Shown here one piece after another: positions 20,661 through 28,785 of a stretch of DNA of 64,000 nucleotides. The stretch lies in sequence record PV467748.1. The stretch is one strand, 5' to 3'. Each line of letters starts with the position of its first letter. Position 1 is the stretch's first letter. The position numbers and the translations under genes are program-made. Below the pieces are notes generated by a model. It was given only the letters and a program-made list of their open reading frames with translations, was not told the DNA's origin and made no database searches. Source of the stretch: a phage.

Positions 20661-22556
20661 CTATTTAAATAAATTTGATAATTTTTCCATAGAATCTTCG
20701 TAAAGGATTTTATCATAACTTTCAAATGAAAGTACTGTGCTATACGAATTTTCTTCTGTGATTTGTTCAGAACCAATAACTTCGCACTCCACCAATACGT
20801 ACTTACCTATAGAACCCATAAGACCTTTAGAAGCACCATACACTTTATTAATTTTAAGCATTACGCCTCTAGGAAGAATAACCTCAGTTTCTGTAGACCA
20901 ATTTGCCAAATTACCTGGTACGATAACTTTAATTTTGTCCGCGCCTTTAATAATTAATCCAAGCTTAATTGTCTCTCTAGCACTTCCGGTTGCACTTTTA
21001 ATTGTGTCTTCTAGATTATTATCTATATCGCTAGAAAGAGCTTCGGGATCTAAATTTGATTGAGCGTGTCCCATTTCGCCAAAAATATTAGGAGCTAATG
21101 AGGTAGATGCGAAAATAGGAAGATACATTACTTTATGTTTTATTGAATTCAAAGCCATTTCGGTGGGCATTATTTGAGATCGATACACTATAGTTCCTTT
21201 AGGGAGCTTTGTACCGTTTTCAAAAGCAGAATCCATATCACCAATCATTTTTATCATTTCATCAGTAGTATCTGTTTTACCTAATAAAAAGTTGTTAATG
21301 TGATTATATCCACCGCGAGTGTACTTTTTGATAGCCTCTTCTTGAGGTTTAGTTAAATTGGGATTGTCATCTATTTTAAACAAAGGTTGTATAGATTTGG
21401 TATAGACTGCTACTAATGATTTTATTACTTCTTTTATTTTAGATTCTCTAGCCCATGTACCTTTAACTGAACCATCTAAAAGAGATGCGGCAACTAATCT
21501 AAGGACGTCCACATGTGTTTTACCTGATTTTAAAGCATTTATAACACCATTAGATTTATCTAAAGAATCTGATGATTCTAAAGCAAACTTTATATCTTTA
21601 ATTAATTTAAGCCTATGCTCATCTATTTCAAACGACGGATTAACACCATTAAAAATATAATCTAAATATTCTGCCATTTCTTTAGAAGTATCTTTTAATA
21701 CTTTAATACCGGCTGACGCTATTTGGCTTTCTTTAGAACCTTCAGAAGAATGCACTGAACTAGTAATAGATAAATCGGAGTAAACTTTTTTATGTTCTTC
21801 TGAAAATTTATTCAATCCTGACGGTTCTGATGTTGAGTATAGTGCATTTATTGCGGCTCGTTTAGAAACCTTTGTTTTGGTTATAACCATTTTATCTGAA
21901 CGAGATTTTTCTATTTCATCTATAGATTTAGCTATGGCTTCTAGTTTAGTAACATCTTCACCTGTTTTCTTTGAAACATATACATCACCAACTTCAGATT
22001 CAACTTTAGTATATAACTCAGCATTAATATTTGGGATGCCTTTTATAGATTCTATATTTTTATTTTTACGGTAGATAAAAACATATGAATGTTTACCACT
22101 GAATTGGTACAAGGCGTCAAGGACCTTGAATTGTCCACCCGCTCTAGAAGCTATCAATTTGGCTAGGACTCTCTGTACGGTTTTTTCCTGCCCTTTCATT
22201 TTCTTGGTTGGAAAACGGAACATCACAGCATCCATACGAAGAGCTTTAATTTGTTCATAGACTATATCAAATATGGAACGAATAGCTGAAATAGGATTTG
22301 TGCCTAGCCCGCCTTTAAGTTCAGCCGGCGTACCTTTAGGAGATAGGCTCATTAAAATAACATGCACGTATTTATCACCCGGCTTAACTTGTCTAATGGC
22401 ATCACCTTCTGAAGTATAAGAAACCATTCGCGCTACAAGGTTATCATTACCTTCTGCCTTTATATTCCAAATCTGTGGTACTTTAAGTTTAGGGTTTAAA
22501 TTAATAGCAGATAAATCTACATCCCCATCAAATATTTCATTTAGTTGTTCAGGCAT
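20661..22556 (-). CDS. alt: Alt-like ADP-ribosyltransferase paralog 3 (631 aa)
   Basis: Same N-terminal module; C-terminal IVYRSQ, FASTSL, ETEVILPRG; adjacent to ligase side as T4 alt. Confidence 0.8.
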   Translation of the reverse strand: MPEQLNEIFDGDVDLSAINLNPKLKVPQIWNIKAEGNDNLVARMVSYTSEGDAIRQVKPGDKYVHVILMSLSPKGTPAELKGGLGTNPISAIRSIFDIVYEQIKALRMDAVMFRFPTKKMKGQEKTVQRVLAKLIASRAGGQFKVLDALYQFSGKHSYVFIYRKNKNIESIKGIPNINAELYTKVESEVGDVYVSKKTGEDVTKLEAIAKSIDEIEKSRSDKMVITKTKVSKRAAINALYSTSEPSGLNKFSEEHKKVYSDLSITSSVHSSEGSKESQIASAGIKVLKDTSKEMAEYLDYIFNGVNPSFEIDEHRLKLIKDIKFALESSDSLDKSNGVINALKSGKTHVDVLRLVAASLLDGSVKGTWARESKIKEVIKSLVAVYTKSIQPLFKIDDNPNLTKPQEEAIKKYTRGGYNHINNFLLGKTDTTDEMIKMIGDMDSAFENGTKLPKGTIVYRSQIMPTEMALNSIKHKVMYLPIFASTSLAPNIFGEMGHAQSNLDPEALSSDIDNNLEDTIKSATGSARETIKLGLIIKGADKIKVIVPGNLANWSTETEVILPRGVMLKINKVYGASKGLMGSIGKYVLVECEVIGSEQITEENSYSTVLSFESYDKILYEDSMEKLSNLFK

Positions 22557-22577
22557 AATAATTCCTCTTAATACCTG

Positions 22578-22585
22578 TATTTATG
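22578..22585 (-). promoter_or_regulatory. Possible late promoter variant (CATAAATA) upstream of alt array
   Basis: rc reads CATAAATA about 25 nt upstream of alt paralog 3 ATG; 7/8 match to TATAAATA. Confidence 0.3.
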
Positions 22586-22587
22586 CC

Positions 22588-22610
22588 AGAAAAAGGCCCG
22601 AAGGCCTTTA
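22588..22610 (-). terminator. Hairpin aaaggcc-cgaa-ggccttt with flanking A/T runs
   Basis: Palindromic hairpin between the small ORF ending at 22611 and alt; T-run on minus-strand RNA. Confidence 0.5.
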
Positions 22611-22796
22611 TTAAGGAAGTACTAGCAGAGTACGGTAAACTTCAAATTTAGGACCCTTTTCATAGCGGTCGAAATTATCTTTAAAATCAGCGAACGCGAT
22701 TTCATTTTCAAATTCAAGGACAATTTGGGACACTGCGGTGGAGACATCGCCACCTTCTTTATATCCAATAACCACGGTTTCTAAATAAGCTTTCAT
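22611..22796 (-). CDS. Hypothetical small protein (61 aa from Met15)
   Basis: ORF track 22611..22838 overlaps ligase; shortened to internal Met just after the ligase stop. Confidence 0.35.
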   Translation of the reverse strand: MKAYLETVVIGYKEGGDVSTAVSQIVLEFENEIAFADFKDNFDRYEKGPKFEVYRTLLVLP

Positions 22797-22797
22797 A

Positions 22798-24303
22798 TTA
22801 TAGTCCAGTTTGAGACCAATCGCCAAATACATCTTCAAATGTATCAGCTTCTGTTTTATCGAAACGCCAACCTTTAATAATTGGAAGGAAAATACCTACA
22901 GTATCAGTACGTCCTTTAGAATGAACCCAACCATTACATTCGCAGTCAGCAATACGACCAATCAATTTACCTTCACGGGCTTGTTTCATAAGAAGTTCAC
23001 GGTCTAAATCAGGACGGTCTTCTAATGGAATCAATACCTTTTTACCTGATTTATCTTTCTTATGGGTGGTATCTTTAAAGCCTGAGCCACAGTCACTTGT
23101 AATTCGACGACAACGTGATACCAATTCGACACCACCAAGTTTGTTAGGGTCCTTCGAGTGTTCATAATAACCCACTACTTCTAAAGCGATATCGATTACT
23201 TCTTTGAACTTGATAAGATTCTTAGAACGGCGGTTTTCCCAGTAGGAGTCCATGTTCTTAAGGATAATACCTTCCAGACCTTGGTCGACATATTTCTTAT
23301 AAACGACTTTAGCTTCTTCAAGATTATTAACCCATTGCGTTTCAATAGGCTCGACACGTGTAAAGCCTTCAGCCATTTGTACTAATGCAGCTAAACGAAC
23401 ATCGTATTTTTGACCTTTAATTTTGCCTTCAGAATAAACTTCATCTAACGGAACATAGTCCCATGCCTGCAATACCATACCATCTGCTTCAGCTGGAGTA
23501 ATAGTTCCTTGAAGAGCTTTATTAGCCAAACCATTTGAAGTAGAACGGTCGGCGACTGTCTGGAATTCCTTGGCTTTACTTAATTCCGGAAGTTCTTCAT
23601 CAAACATACTAAACAAATCGTTAGATGCTTTAGGTTCAACTTTAGGGGTATGGTAAACTAATTCACCATCAATCATAACGCCATTAGGATGACGTTGACG
23701 AGCTTCTTCGGTCATTTTAATAAGTTCGGCTGCAAGCTTAGTAAGCCCTTGATATTCATTACCACCGCGAGTAAGGAATGTAACGCCCGAATCACGAACT
23801 TCAGCAAAACAACGAGCACCGTCAGCTTTTAATTGAGCAAACGCCGGCCATTTAATATTTTTCTTAATTAGAGCTTCGTCATAAGAACTAGCCAACATCT
23901 GTGGTTGTTCAGGGATTAAACCTTTCCAAACCTTGTTAGCAATAGAAATCGATGCACCACATTCAAGGTCGCGCATCATTACACGACGTAATACCTCGGC
24001 ATCTGGTCCCTTAGCATCGGCAATGATTTGAGCCAGTTCTTCAATAGCAGCATTACCGGTAACCTTACGAGTAGCCAAAGTGAATTCAGCGAAATCAAGA
24101 AGGTCTTCAAGAGTAATCATACCAAAGGATTGGGACGTAAATCCAGGTTCAGGCCACTTTTTGATGCCGTAGTTCAGACGACGGGTATACGCCATACGAT
24201 AAACGCGTTTCAGAAGCTCATTGTCCTTTTCACGAGCAATAATAGCTTCTTTAGCTTTAGTAGAATCAATAGAAGCAATTTCGTTTAAAATATCTAAAAT
24301 CAT
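22798..24303 (-). CDS. 30: ATP-dependent DNA ligase gp30
   Basis: 501 aa; collinear with recalled T4 ligase (MILDILNEIASI..., adenylation motif KADGAR, ...CECNGW..., C-term FEDVFGD). Confidence 0.95.
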   Translation of the reverse strand: MILDILNEIASIDSTKAKEAIIAREKDNELLKRVYRMAYTRRLNYGIKKWPEPGFTSQSFGMITLEDLLDFAEFTLATRKVTGNAAIEELAQIIADAKGPDAEVLRRVMMRDLECGASISIANKVWKGLIPEQPQMLASSYDEALIKKNIKWPAFAQLKADGARCFAEVRDSGVTFLTRGGNEYQGLTKLAAELIKMTEEARQRHPNGVMIDGELVYHTPKVEPKASNDLFSMFDEELPELSKAKEFQTVADRSTSNGLANKALQGTITPAEADGMVLQAWDYVPLDEVYSEGKIKGQKYDVRLAALVQMAEGFTRVEPIETQWVNNLEEAKVVYKKYVDQGLEGIILKNMDSYWENRRSKNLIKFKEVIDIALEVVGYYEHSKDPNKLGGVELVSRCRRITSDCGSGFKDTTHKKDKSGKKVLIPLEDRPDLDRELLMKQAREGKLIGRIADCECNGWVHSKGRTDTVGIFLPIIKGWRFDKTEADTFEDVFGDWSQTGL

Positions 24304-24614
24304 TTTACCGTCCTTACAGTTTGTGTACTTCTATTATAAGCTACTTCATCTAAAAGCTCATTTAAAGTTTTGTGATACGATATAATACGCTTATCTTTAA
24401 TATCGTATTCAGTAACATACATAAATCCGCGCCGAACACATTGGATAAAGATATCTTCATCTTTGGCTTGGAAATATACAGGGTTCAATCGAAGGAAATA
24501 TCTAACGTTTCCATAATCATGGGATTTAGGCGTTCCATCAGTAATAGTATGAACTACAAACATATTAACCTCGAGCAATCCATTCAACTGCAGCGTTATT
24601 ACGAAGGGATTCAA
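24300..24614 (-). CDS. Hypothetical protein (30.1-like), start uncertain
   Basis: 104 aa ORF overlaps upstream gene by about 50 nt; internal Met17 would abut it. Confidence 0.4.
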   Translation of the reverse strand: MNPFVITLQLNGLLEVNMFVVHTITDGTPKSHDYGNVRYFLRLNPVYFQAKDEDIFIQCVRRGFMYVTEYDIKDKRIISYHKTLNELLDEVAYNRSTQTVRTVK

Positions 24615-25203
24615 TTGCTGCGATATCGTCCCATGAATTAACCTTTACGGCCAGATTAGGTTTAAAGTCACGTTCACCACGGGCCAACCAATAAACTTGG
24701 ATATCCATGAGAACATTAGATGCGGCATCACAGTGGTGAGCCAAATCATCGACATAAAACTTAATGCGTTTGCCGTATGTATTTTTAGCTCTTATGAACA
24801 GGTCTTCTTTTGATTCTGAATGACCACACATCAGAATCTCCTTGAATGCGCCAGGGAACAAAGCATTCAAATTGAATTGTCTATTCAGCAGGGCGTCAAT
24901 TGAGTCGCCTAGCGCAGTCACGGCTACAAAATCGAAGTCTTTTTTGAGCTTGTTGATGTGTTTTAATGCGTCCATGTAAGGAGACAGATAACGAATAAAA
25001 TCCGACTGATTATATTTCTCAATTAAACGTGCGCCTAATTCGTCGTCACAATTAAACAGTTCGCCTGGAGATAAGAAACGTTCGTCCTGAATCATATTCA
25101 AAATATGTTCTAAAGGCAAATTATATTTCTGTGCGAAATAAGGCAAGCCGGACTGCCAACTTAAACACACTCCATCGATATCTGTTAAGATAACTGGTTT
25201 CAT
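24565..25203 (-). CDS. HAD-superfamily hydrolase, putative 5'-nucleotidase-like (30.2 position)
   Basis: N-terminal ILTDIDGV (HAD motif I) and later YVDDL acidic motif; 212 aa. Confidence 0.55.
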   Translation of the reverse strand: MKPVILTDIDGVCLSWQSGLPYFAQKYNLPLEHILNMIQDERFLSPGELFNCDDELGARLIEKYNQSDFIRYLSPYMDALKHINKLKKDFDFVAVTALGDSIDALLNRQFNLNALFPGAFKEILMCGHSESKEDLFIRAKNTYGKRIKFYVDDLAHHCDAASNVLMDIQVYWLARGERDFKPNLAVKVNSWDDIAAIESLRNNAAVEWIARG

Positions 25204-25667
25204 AATAAATCTCTCAATTTGTTTAGGATGTCGATAAACTCTTTTTCAGTTAGTATTGTATCACATTCTGTAAGGTGGCTTGCCATTGAATGCTTTAAAA
25301 CCTTACCTTTAGCGGCTTGTAACGCATCTCGGAATCCTTTGTTCTGGAGCGCTGCTTCAAAATATGCATTTGTATACAACTCTTTCCATGCTGCAGAGTA
25401 TCTTGAAAAGGGAATTCCAAGCCAGAAAAGCGTCCCACGGTCCGCAGCTCTTGCATAAGCTCTTCCACTTTGCTGGGCGGCCAATCCGGACATCCCAAAT
25501 ATACGTTTTTGTTGTTCAATATTTTTCACCTTACACCCTTGGAGGAATCCTTCGAGTCCACCAAATTGGATACCATCCATAACGAAAGGCCATTTAGCAA
25601 AGTTACTTAATGCGCATGATGGCCACGGAAAGTTACTTCTAATTTCTAACTCAGACATCTTTGACAC
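25200..25667 (-). CDS. NADAR/YbiA-like (DUF1768-type) protein, 155 aa
   Basis: ALSNFAKWPFVMDGIQFGGLEGFLQGCKV parallels recalled E. coli YbiA FSNFAAWPIKVDGKTWPTSEHYFQAQKF. Confidence 0.55.
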   Translation of the reverse strand: MSKMSELEIRSNFPWPSCALSNFAKWPFVMDGIQFGGLEGFLQGCKVKNIEQQKRIFGMSGLAAQQSGRAYARAADRGTLFWLGIPFSRYSAAWKELYTNAYFEAALQNKGFRDALQAAKGKVLKHSMASHLTECDTILTEKEFIDILNKLRDLL

Positions 25668-25863
25668 TTATAATTTCGACATCGGCCCAATGCCCGTAAC
25701 CAGGCAGACGGTCTTTAATAGATAATCCACCGTCAGACTTCAGCATTTTAATTGTTTTGGTATACGGTTCATCTTGTGGTTGCACAGGAGATAAATCAGT
25801 TACACGATAAGTCACTTCGACCATTTCCGTACCTAATAATTTCTGAATCAGTTTCTTAAACAT
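25651..25863 (-). CDS. Hypothetical protein, 70 aa
   Basis: ORF in tightly packed minus-strand early cluster. Confidence 0.4.
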   Translation of the reverse strand: MFKKLIQKLLGTEMVEVTYRVTDLSPVQPQDEPYTKTIKMLKSDGGLSIKDRLPGYGHWADVEIISVKDV

Positions 25864-25864
25864 G

Positions 25865-26059
25865 TTATCCTCGCTTTAAACATTTGATTACGGACAGTTC
25901 AGAACCCATACGAACGTCTTCAGTTCCATCGACCCATAGGACGGTGTAGGCTTCTTTAATAGTAGCATTACCTAATTTAAAAGCAGGTAGAACCTTTGAA
26001 ATCATACCAGGAATACCTACACCTTTTAATTGGACTGTTTGTGATAAGAATAGTTGCAT
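25865..26059 (-). CDS. Hypothetical protein, 64 aa
   Basis: ORF in tightly packed minus-strand early cluster. Confidence 0.4.
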   Translation of the reverse strand: MQLFLSQTVQLKGVGIPGMISKVLPAFKLGNATIKEAYTVLWVDGTEDVRMGSELSVIKCLKRG

Positions 26060-26346
26060 TAGAACCTCATCTGAAAGCCATGGGATTTAACATTACCACC
26101 ATAGATGTCAGAGGTATTGACTTCACGGGCGACACTTGGGTCGATGTTAATATCATGGTTGAGCTTAGTGATTGCTAGGGTGTCACGACCATTAACAGTA
26201 CGGAATTCTACTGGACATACAACATCGGCATAAGCCTTAATGGATTCACGAGTAGGCTGTTTGTCAGCAGGAACATCTTTACTTGCCTTAGAGAAAACAA
26301 CTTCACAGAAATTTTTACGAGTATCGAAATAAGTGGTCATAAACAT
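26059..26346 (-). CDS. Hypothetical protein, 95 aa
   Basis: ORF track 26059..26379 N-terminus translates an RNA hairpin; start moved to Met12 (MFMTTYF...) with GAGGA RBS. Confidence 0.45.
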   Translation of the reverse strand: MFMTTYFDTRKNFCEVVFSKASKDVPADKQPTRESIKAYADVVCPVEFRTVNGRDTLAITKLNHDINIDPSVAREVNTSDIYGGNVKSHGFQMRF

Positions 26347-26360
26347 AATATTTTCCTCAA

Positions 26361-26378
26361 TGGAGGCCGAAGCCTCCA
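26361..26378 (-). promoter_or_regulatory. Intercistronic RNA hairpin ggaggc-UUCG-gccucc just upstream of RBS
   Basis: Perfect stem with UUCG tetraloop on the minus-strand transcript; same hairpin recurs at 62990..63005. Confidence 0.5.
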
Positions 26379-26387
26379 TTTTTAAGA

Positions 26388-26753
26388 TTAGATATCGAAT
26401 TCATTCAGAACTACATCAAAGATTGCTTCCAGGTGTTCAGGTTTAGCTCGGTTGCTCAGGATGTGACGAATCCAGGTTTTAACCAGAAGCTTACGATTAG
26501 AACCGTTCCAGCAAGGATGGGTACCTAAATCACGTTGACGGAAATCGTCATCTAAAGCGATTTTAAAAGTAGAACCTTCCATAGTGATTGAAACCGTAAT
26601 ACCATTTTCAAAGCGCATGTAAACGTAGTTAGGAGTCATGCACTGTTCGATTTCACACACTGTACCGTTTTCGTGTTTCCACAGGCAAATAACTTCGGAA
26701 GAACCAGCGATACCGTTAGAAACATATTTACGTTCGAAGTTGATGTAGTTCAT
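26388..26753 (-). CDS. Hypothetical protein, 121 aa
   Basis: ORF track 26388..26846; start moved to Met32 (MNYINFERKY...) preceded by GGAG RBS inside the conserved leader. Confidence 0.5.
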   Translation of the reverse strand: MNYINFERKYVSNGIAGSSEVICLWKHENGTVCEIEQCMTPNYVYMRFENGITVSITMEGSTFKIALDDDFRQRDLGTHPCWNGSNRKLLVKTWIRHILSNRAKPEHLEAIFDVVLNEFDI

Positions 26754-26793
26754 TTTTATTCTCCAGTTTGTTTTCGTATTATTTGGTACAGCT

Positions 26794-26826
26794 CTATAAT
26801 AACACAACCTGTACCAAAGTAAAACA
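26794..26826 (-). promoter_or_regulatory. Early-type promoter (minus), -10 TATTAT, -35 GTTTTAC
   Basis: Upstream of the conserved leader for the 121 aa gene; weaker -35 match. Confidence 0.35.
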
Positions 26827-26827
26827 T

Positions 26828-27160
26828 TTATTTCACAACATTCCAATTTTTCATATCAAGTTTACCAACTTTTTTCATCTGAGCAATCAGACGTTCAGCG
26901 CGTGTACGGGCATTAACGTAATAGAATTCACCAATTTTGTTTTCTTCAATACGACCAGTAATTACAGTTTTCAGTTCATAAATCCAACCTGTAAAGAAGT
27001 TGTGAAGCTCGATGGTAAATGTGAAATCAGTACCCATACCTTCAGTTGTTTCAACTTCGATGATATCACCTTCAACTGCAGTCAGGACCCACATGGTTTC
27101 TTGATATCCACCGTTGAAACATTTAGCTTTAACAGATGCATTCAGATTTACAGTTTTCAT
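26828..27160 (-). CDS. Hypothetical protein, 110 aa
   Basis: ORF with same conserved 5' leader and early promoter. Confidence 0.5.
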   Translation of the reverse strand: MKTVNLNASVKAKCFNGGYQETMWVLTAVEGDIIEVETTEGMGTDFTFTIELHNFFTGWIYELKTVITGRIEENKIGEFYYVNARTRAERLIAQMKKVGKLDMKNWNVVK

Positions 27161-27199
27161 TTTATTCTCCAGTTTGTTTTCGTATTATTTGGTACATGT

Positions 27200-27231
27200 C
27201 TATAGTATCATGCCTACCGGAGATGTACACC
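27200..27231 (-). promoter_or_regulatory. T4-type early promoter (minus): GTGTACA -35, TACTAT -10
   Basis: rc reads GTGTACAtctccggtaggcatgaTACTAT upstream of the 110 aa gene. Confidence 0.45.
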
Positions 27232-27252
27232 TTTTTTTTAAGATTTAGAAAC

Positions 27253-27278
27253 AAAAATGGGACTCCGAAGAGTCCCAT
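27253..27278 (-). terminator. Intrinsic terminator (minus) after small basic ORF
   Basis: Hairpin tgggactc-cgaa-gagtccca followed on the transcript by UUUUUGUUU. Confidence 0.6.
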
Positions 27279-27281
27279 AAC

Positions 27282-27443
27282 TTATGCCTGAGGCTTACCA
27301 AAGCAAGCAGCATCTGCACGCAATACTGCACGAGCACGAGCTTGAAGCTTATCAACTACCTGATTGATACGCTTGTTGGACGCACGCTTGTAACCAGCGC
27401 GTTTAGAGGTACCGTCAACTACTTTAACTTCTTTCTTAGCCAT
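27282..27443 (-). CDS. Small basic protein, 53 aa (not in ORF track)
   Basis: Hand-translated MAKKEVKVVDGTSKRAGYKRASNKRINQVVDKLQARARAVLRADAACFGKPQA; in-frame ATG to TAA, terminator immediately downstream. Confidence 0.45.
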   Translation of the reverse strand: MAKKEVKVVDGTSKRAGYKRASNKRINQVVDKLQARARAVLRADAACFGKPQA

Positions 27444-27706
27444 TTTTAAATCTCTTAAATTAGGATGCAGGACTTATTGGCGTTGCCTGCGCAAGCCCTC
27501 AAGGGGAACATAGGTTTTGGATATTTAACGACAGGATAACCATAAACCTCGTCATCATACCAACCACGACTTAGACAGATAACCTTTTTCTGACGCGTGA
27601 TAGTACAAAATACATTCAAGAGGTACACCGTAAAACTGTTGGGGTCTTAAAACTATAATGATTCGCAAATCATTAATCAAACAGTTCGACGGCTCCTCGA
27701 TTTAAT

Positions 27707-27955
27707 TTACTTCAGGGTAATAATAAAATGACGTACTGCTTTACGAGCTGCTGAAGCCAAAGGCTTAGCAAATTTCAGTTCATCTTTAGCTTCCAGTTCA
27801 GCAGCCAGAGTAGCCTGAGCAGGATTCAGATGTTTGAAATAACGCAGGATTTCCAGTGCTTCGGCTTCGACATCAATAGATGCGCCGTAGTTTTCGTGAC
27901 CGTTGTTCCAAGCGTTGCGTTGCAGTTCAAGAGCGTGATTCAATTGTTTGTTCAT
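27707..27955 (-). CDS. rIII: rIII lysis inhibition accessory protein
   Basis: 82 aa (T4 rIII 82 aa); position between 30.x cluster and gene 31. Confidence 0.75.
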   Translation of the reverse strand: MNKQLNHALELQRNAWNNGHENYGASIDVEAEALEILRYFKHLNPAQATLAAELEAKDELKFAKPLASAARKAVRHFIITLK

Positions 27956-28101
27956 TTTAGTTTCTCAATTCGAGATAAAGATTGGTGGACACGTTCTTCT
28001 GAATTTCACTTCCTTTCGGCAAGTCTCTCAGTTGTAGTCCACCGCTTAGGATTCTCCGGTTAACTAACTAGTCCGGCAGCCAATCCATATTATTATTTAT
28101 A

Positions 28102-28425
28102 TCACTTATAAAGACACGGAATAGCTTTATAGTGACAGGTAACGAATTTCTGTTTAATTTCTTTAGGTTGCTTAATACCGAGCGCAACTAAAGGATGAGG
28201 CACGTTAGCAATCTTACCAACAGGAAGTGGAGTCAAATCACCTACTTCACAAAAACCTTCAGGGACATCAGGTCCTACAGAATAAATTTCACAAAGTTCG
28301 GGGATTTCACCTTGATGAAGCTTGCCAATAACGATACCAGATGCAGTAGTTTCTTCATCGCCAGCTTGTTTTGGTTCGGAAACGAGAATAACATATTCTC
28401 CGACCGCTTTAATAGGAAGTTCCAT
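28102..28425 (-). CDS. 31: Co-chaperonin gp31 (GroES analogue)
   Basis: 107 aa; collinear with recalled T4 gp31 ([36 protein letters not shown]-term [17 protein letters not shown]). Confidence 0.9.
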   Translation of the reverse strand: MELPIKAVGEYVILVSEPKQAGDEETTASGIVIGKLHQGEIPELCEIYSVGPDVPEGFCEVGDLTPLPVGKIANVPHPLVALGIKQPKEIKQKFVTCHYKAIPCLYK

Positions 28426-28454
28426 ATTTAATCCATATTGTTTTGTTGATAGAT

Positions 28455-28485
28455 TAATAATAACACGCTATTCTTAAAGCATATT
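28455..28485 (-). promoter_or_regulatory. Candidate MotA-dependent middle promoter for gene 31
   Basis: rc reads aTATGCTTTAAg (MotA box TGCTTtA) then 12 nt then TATTAT. Confidence 0.4.
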
Positions 28486-28783
28486 ACAGGACAAGCAGAG
28501 TTTCAGTCTGAAGCCCGTTAATAGAAATCAGTTTATCGAAACGGAACGAGCGCCAGTCATTAACCTTGGTATCAAATACTCTGATGTAATTAACAGGTTC
28601 TTTATTGGCTTCAGGCCCAGGGGCCTGGACTTCTTTATATGGAAGCAGGTCTAAGTCACGTGTACAAGTCATACGACGGGCACTACCATCAGCCTTTTCA
28701 AACAGAACTTCGTGAAAGCCTACAGACAAAATAGTCTTGACTTTTTCACGCAGACGAATAGTTTCTTGTTCAGTTAAAATCAT
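28484..28783 (-). CDS. Hypothetical protein (31.1 position), 99 aa
   Basis: ORF; position. Confidence 0.45.
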   Translation of the reverse strand: MILTEQETIRLREKVKTILSVGFHEVLFEKADGSARRMTCTRDLDLLPYKEVQAPGPEANKEPVNYIRVFDTKVNDWRSFRFDKLISINGLQTETLLVL

Positions 28784-28785
28784 AA

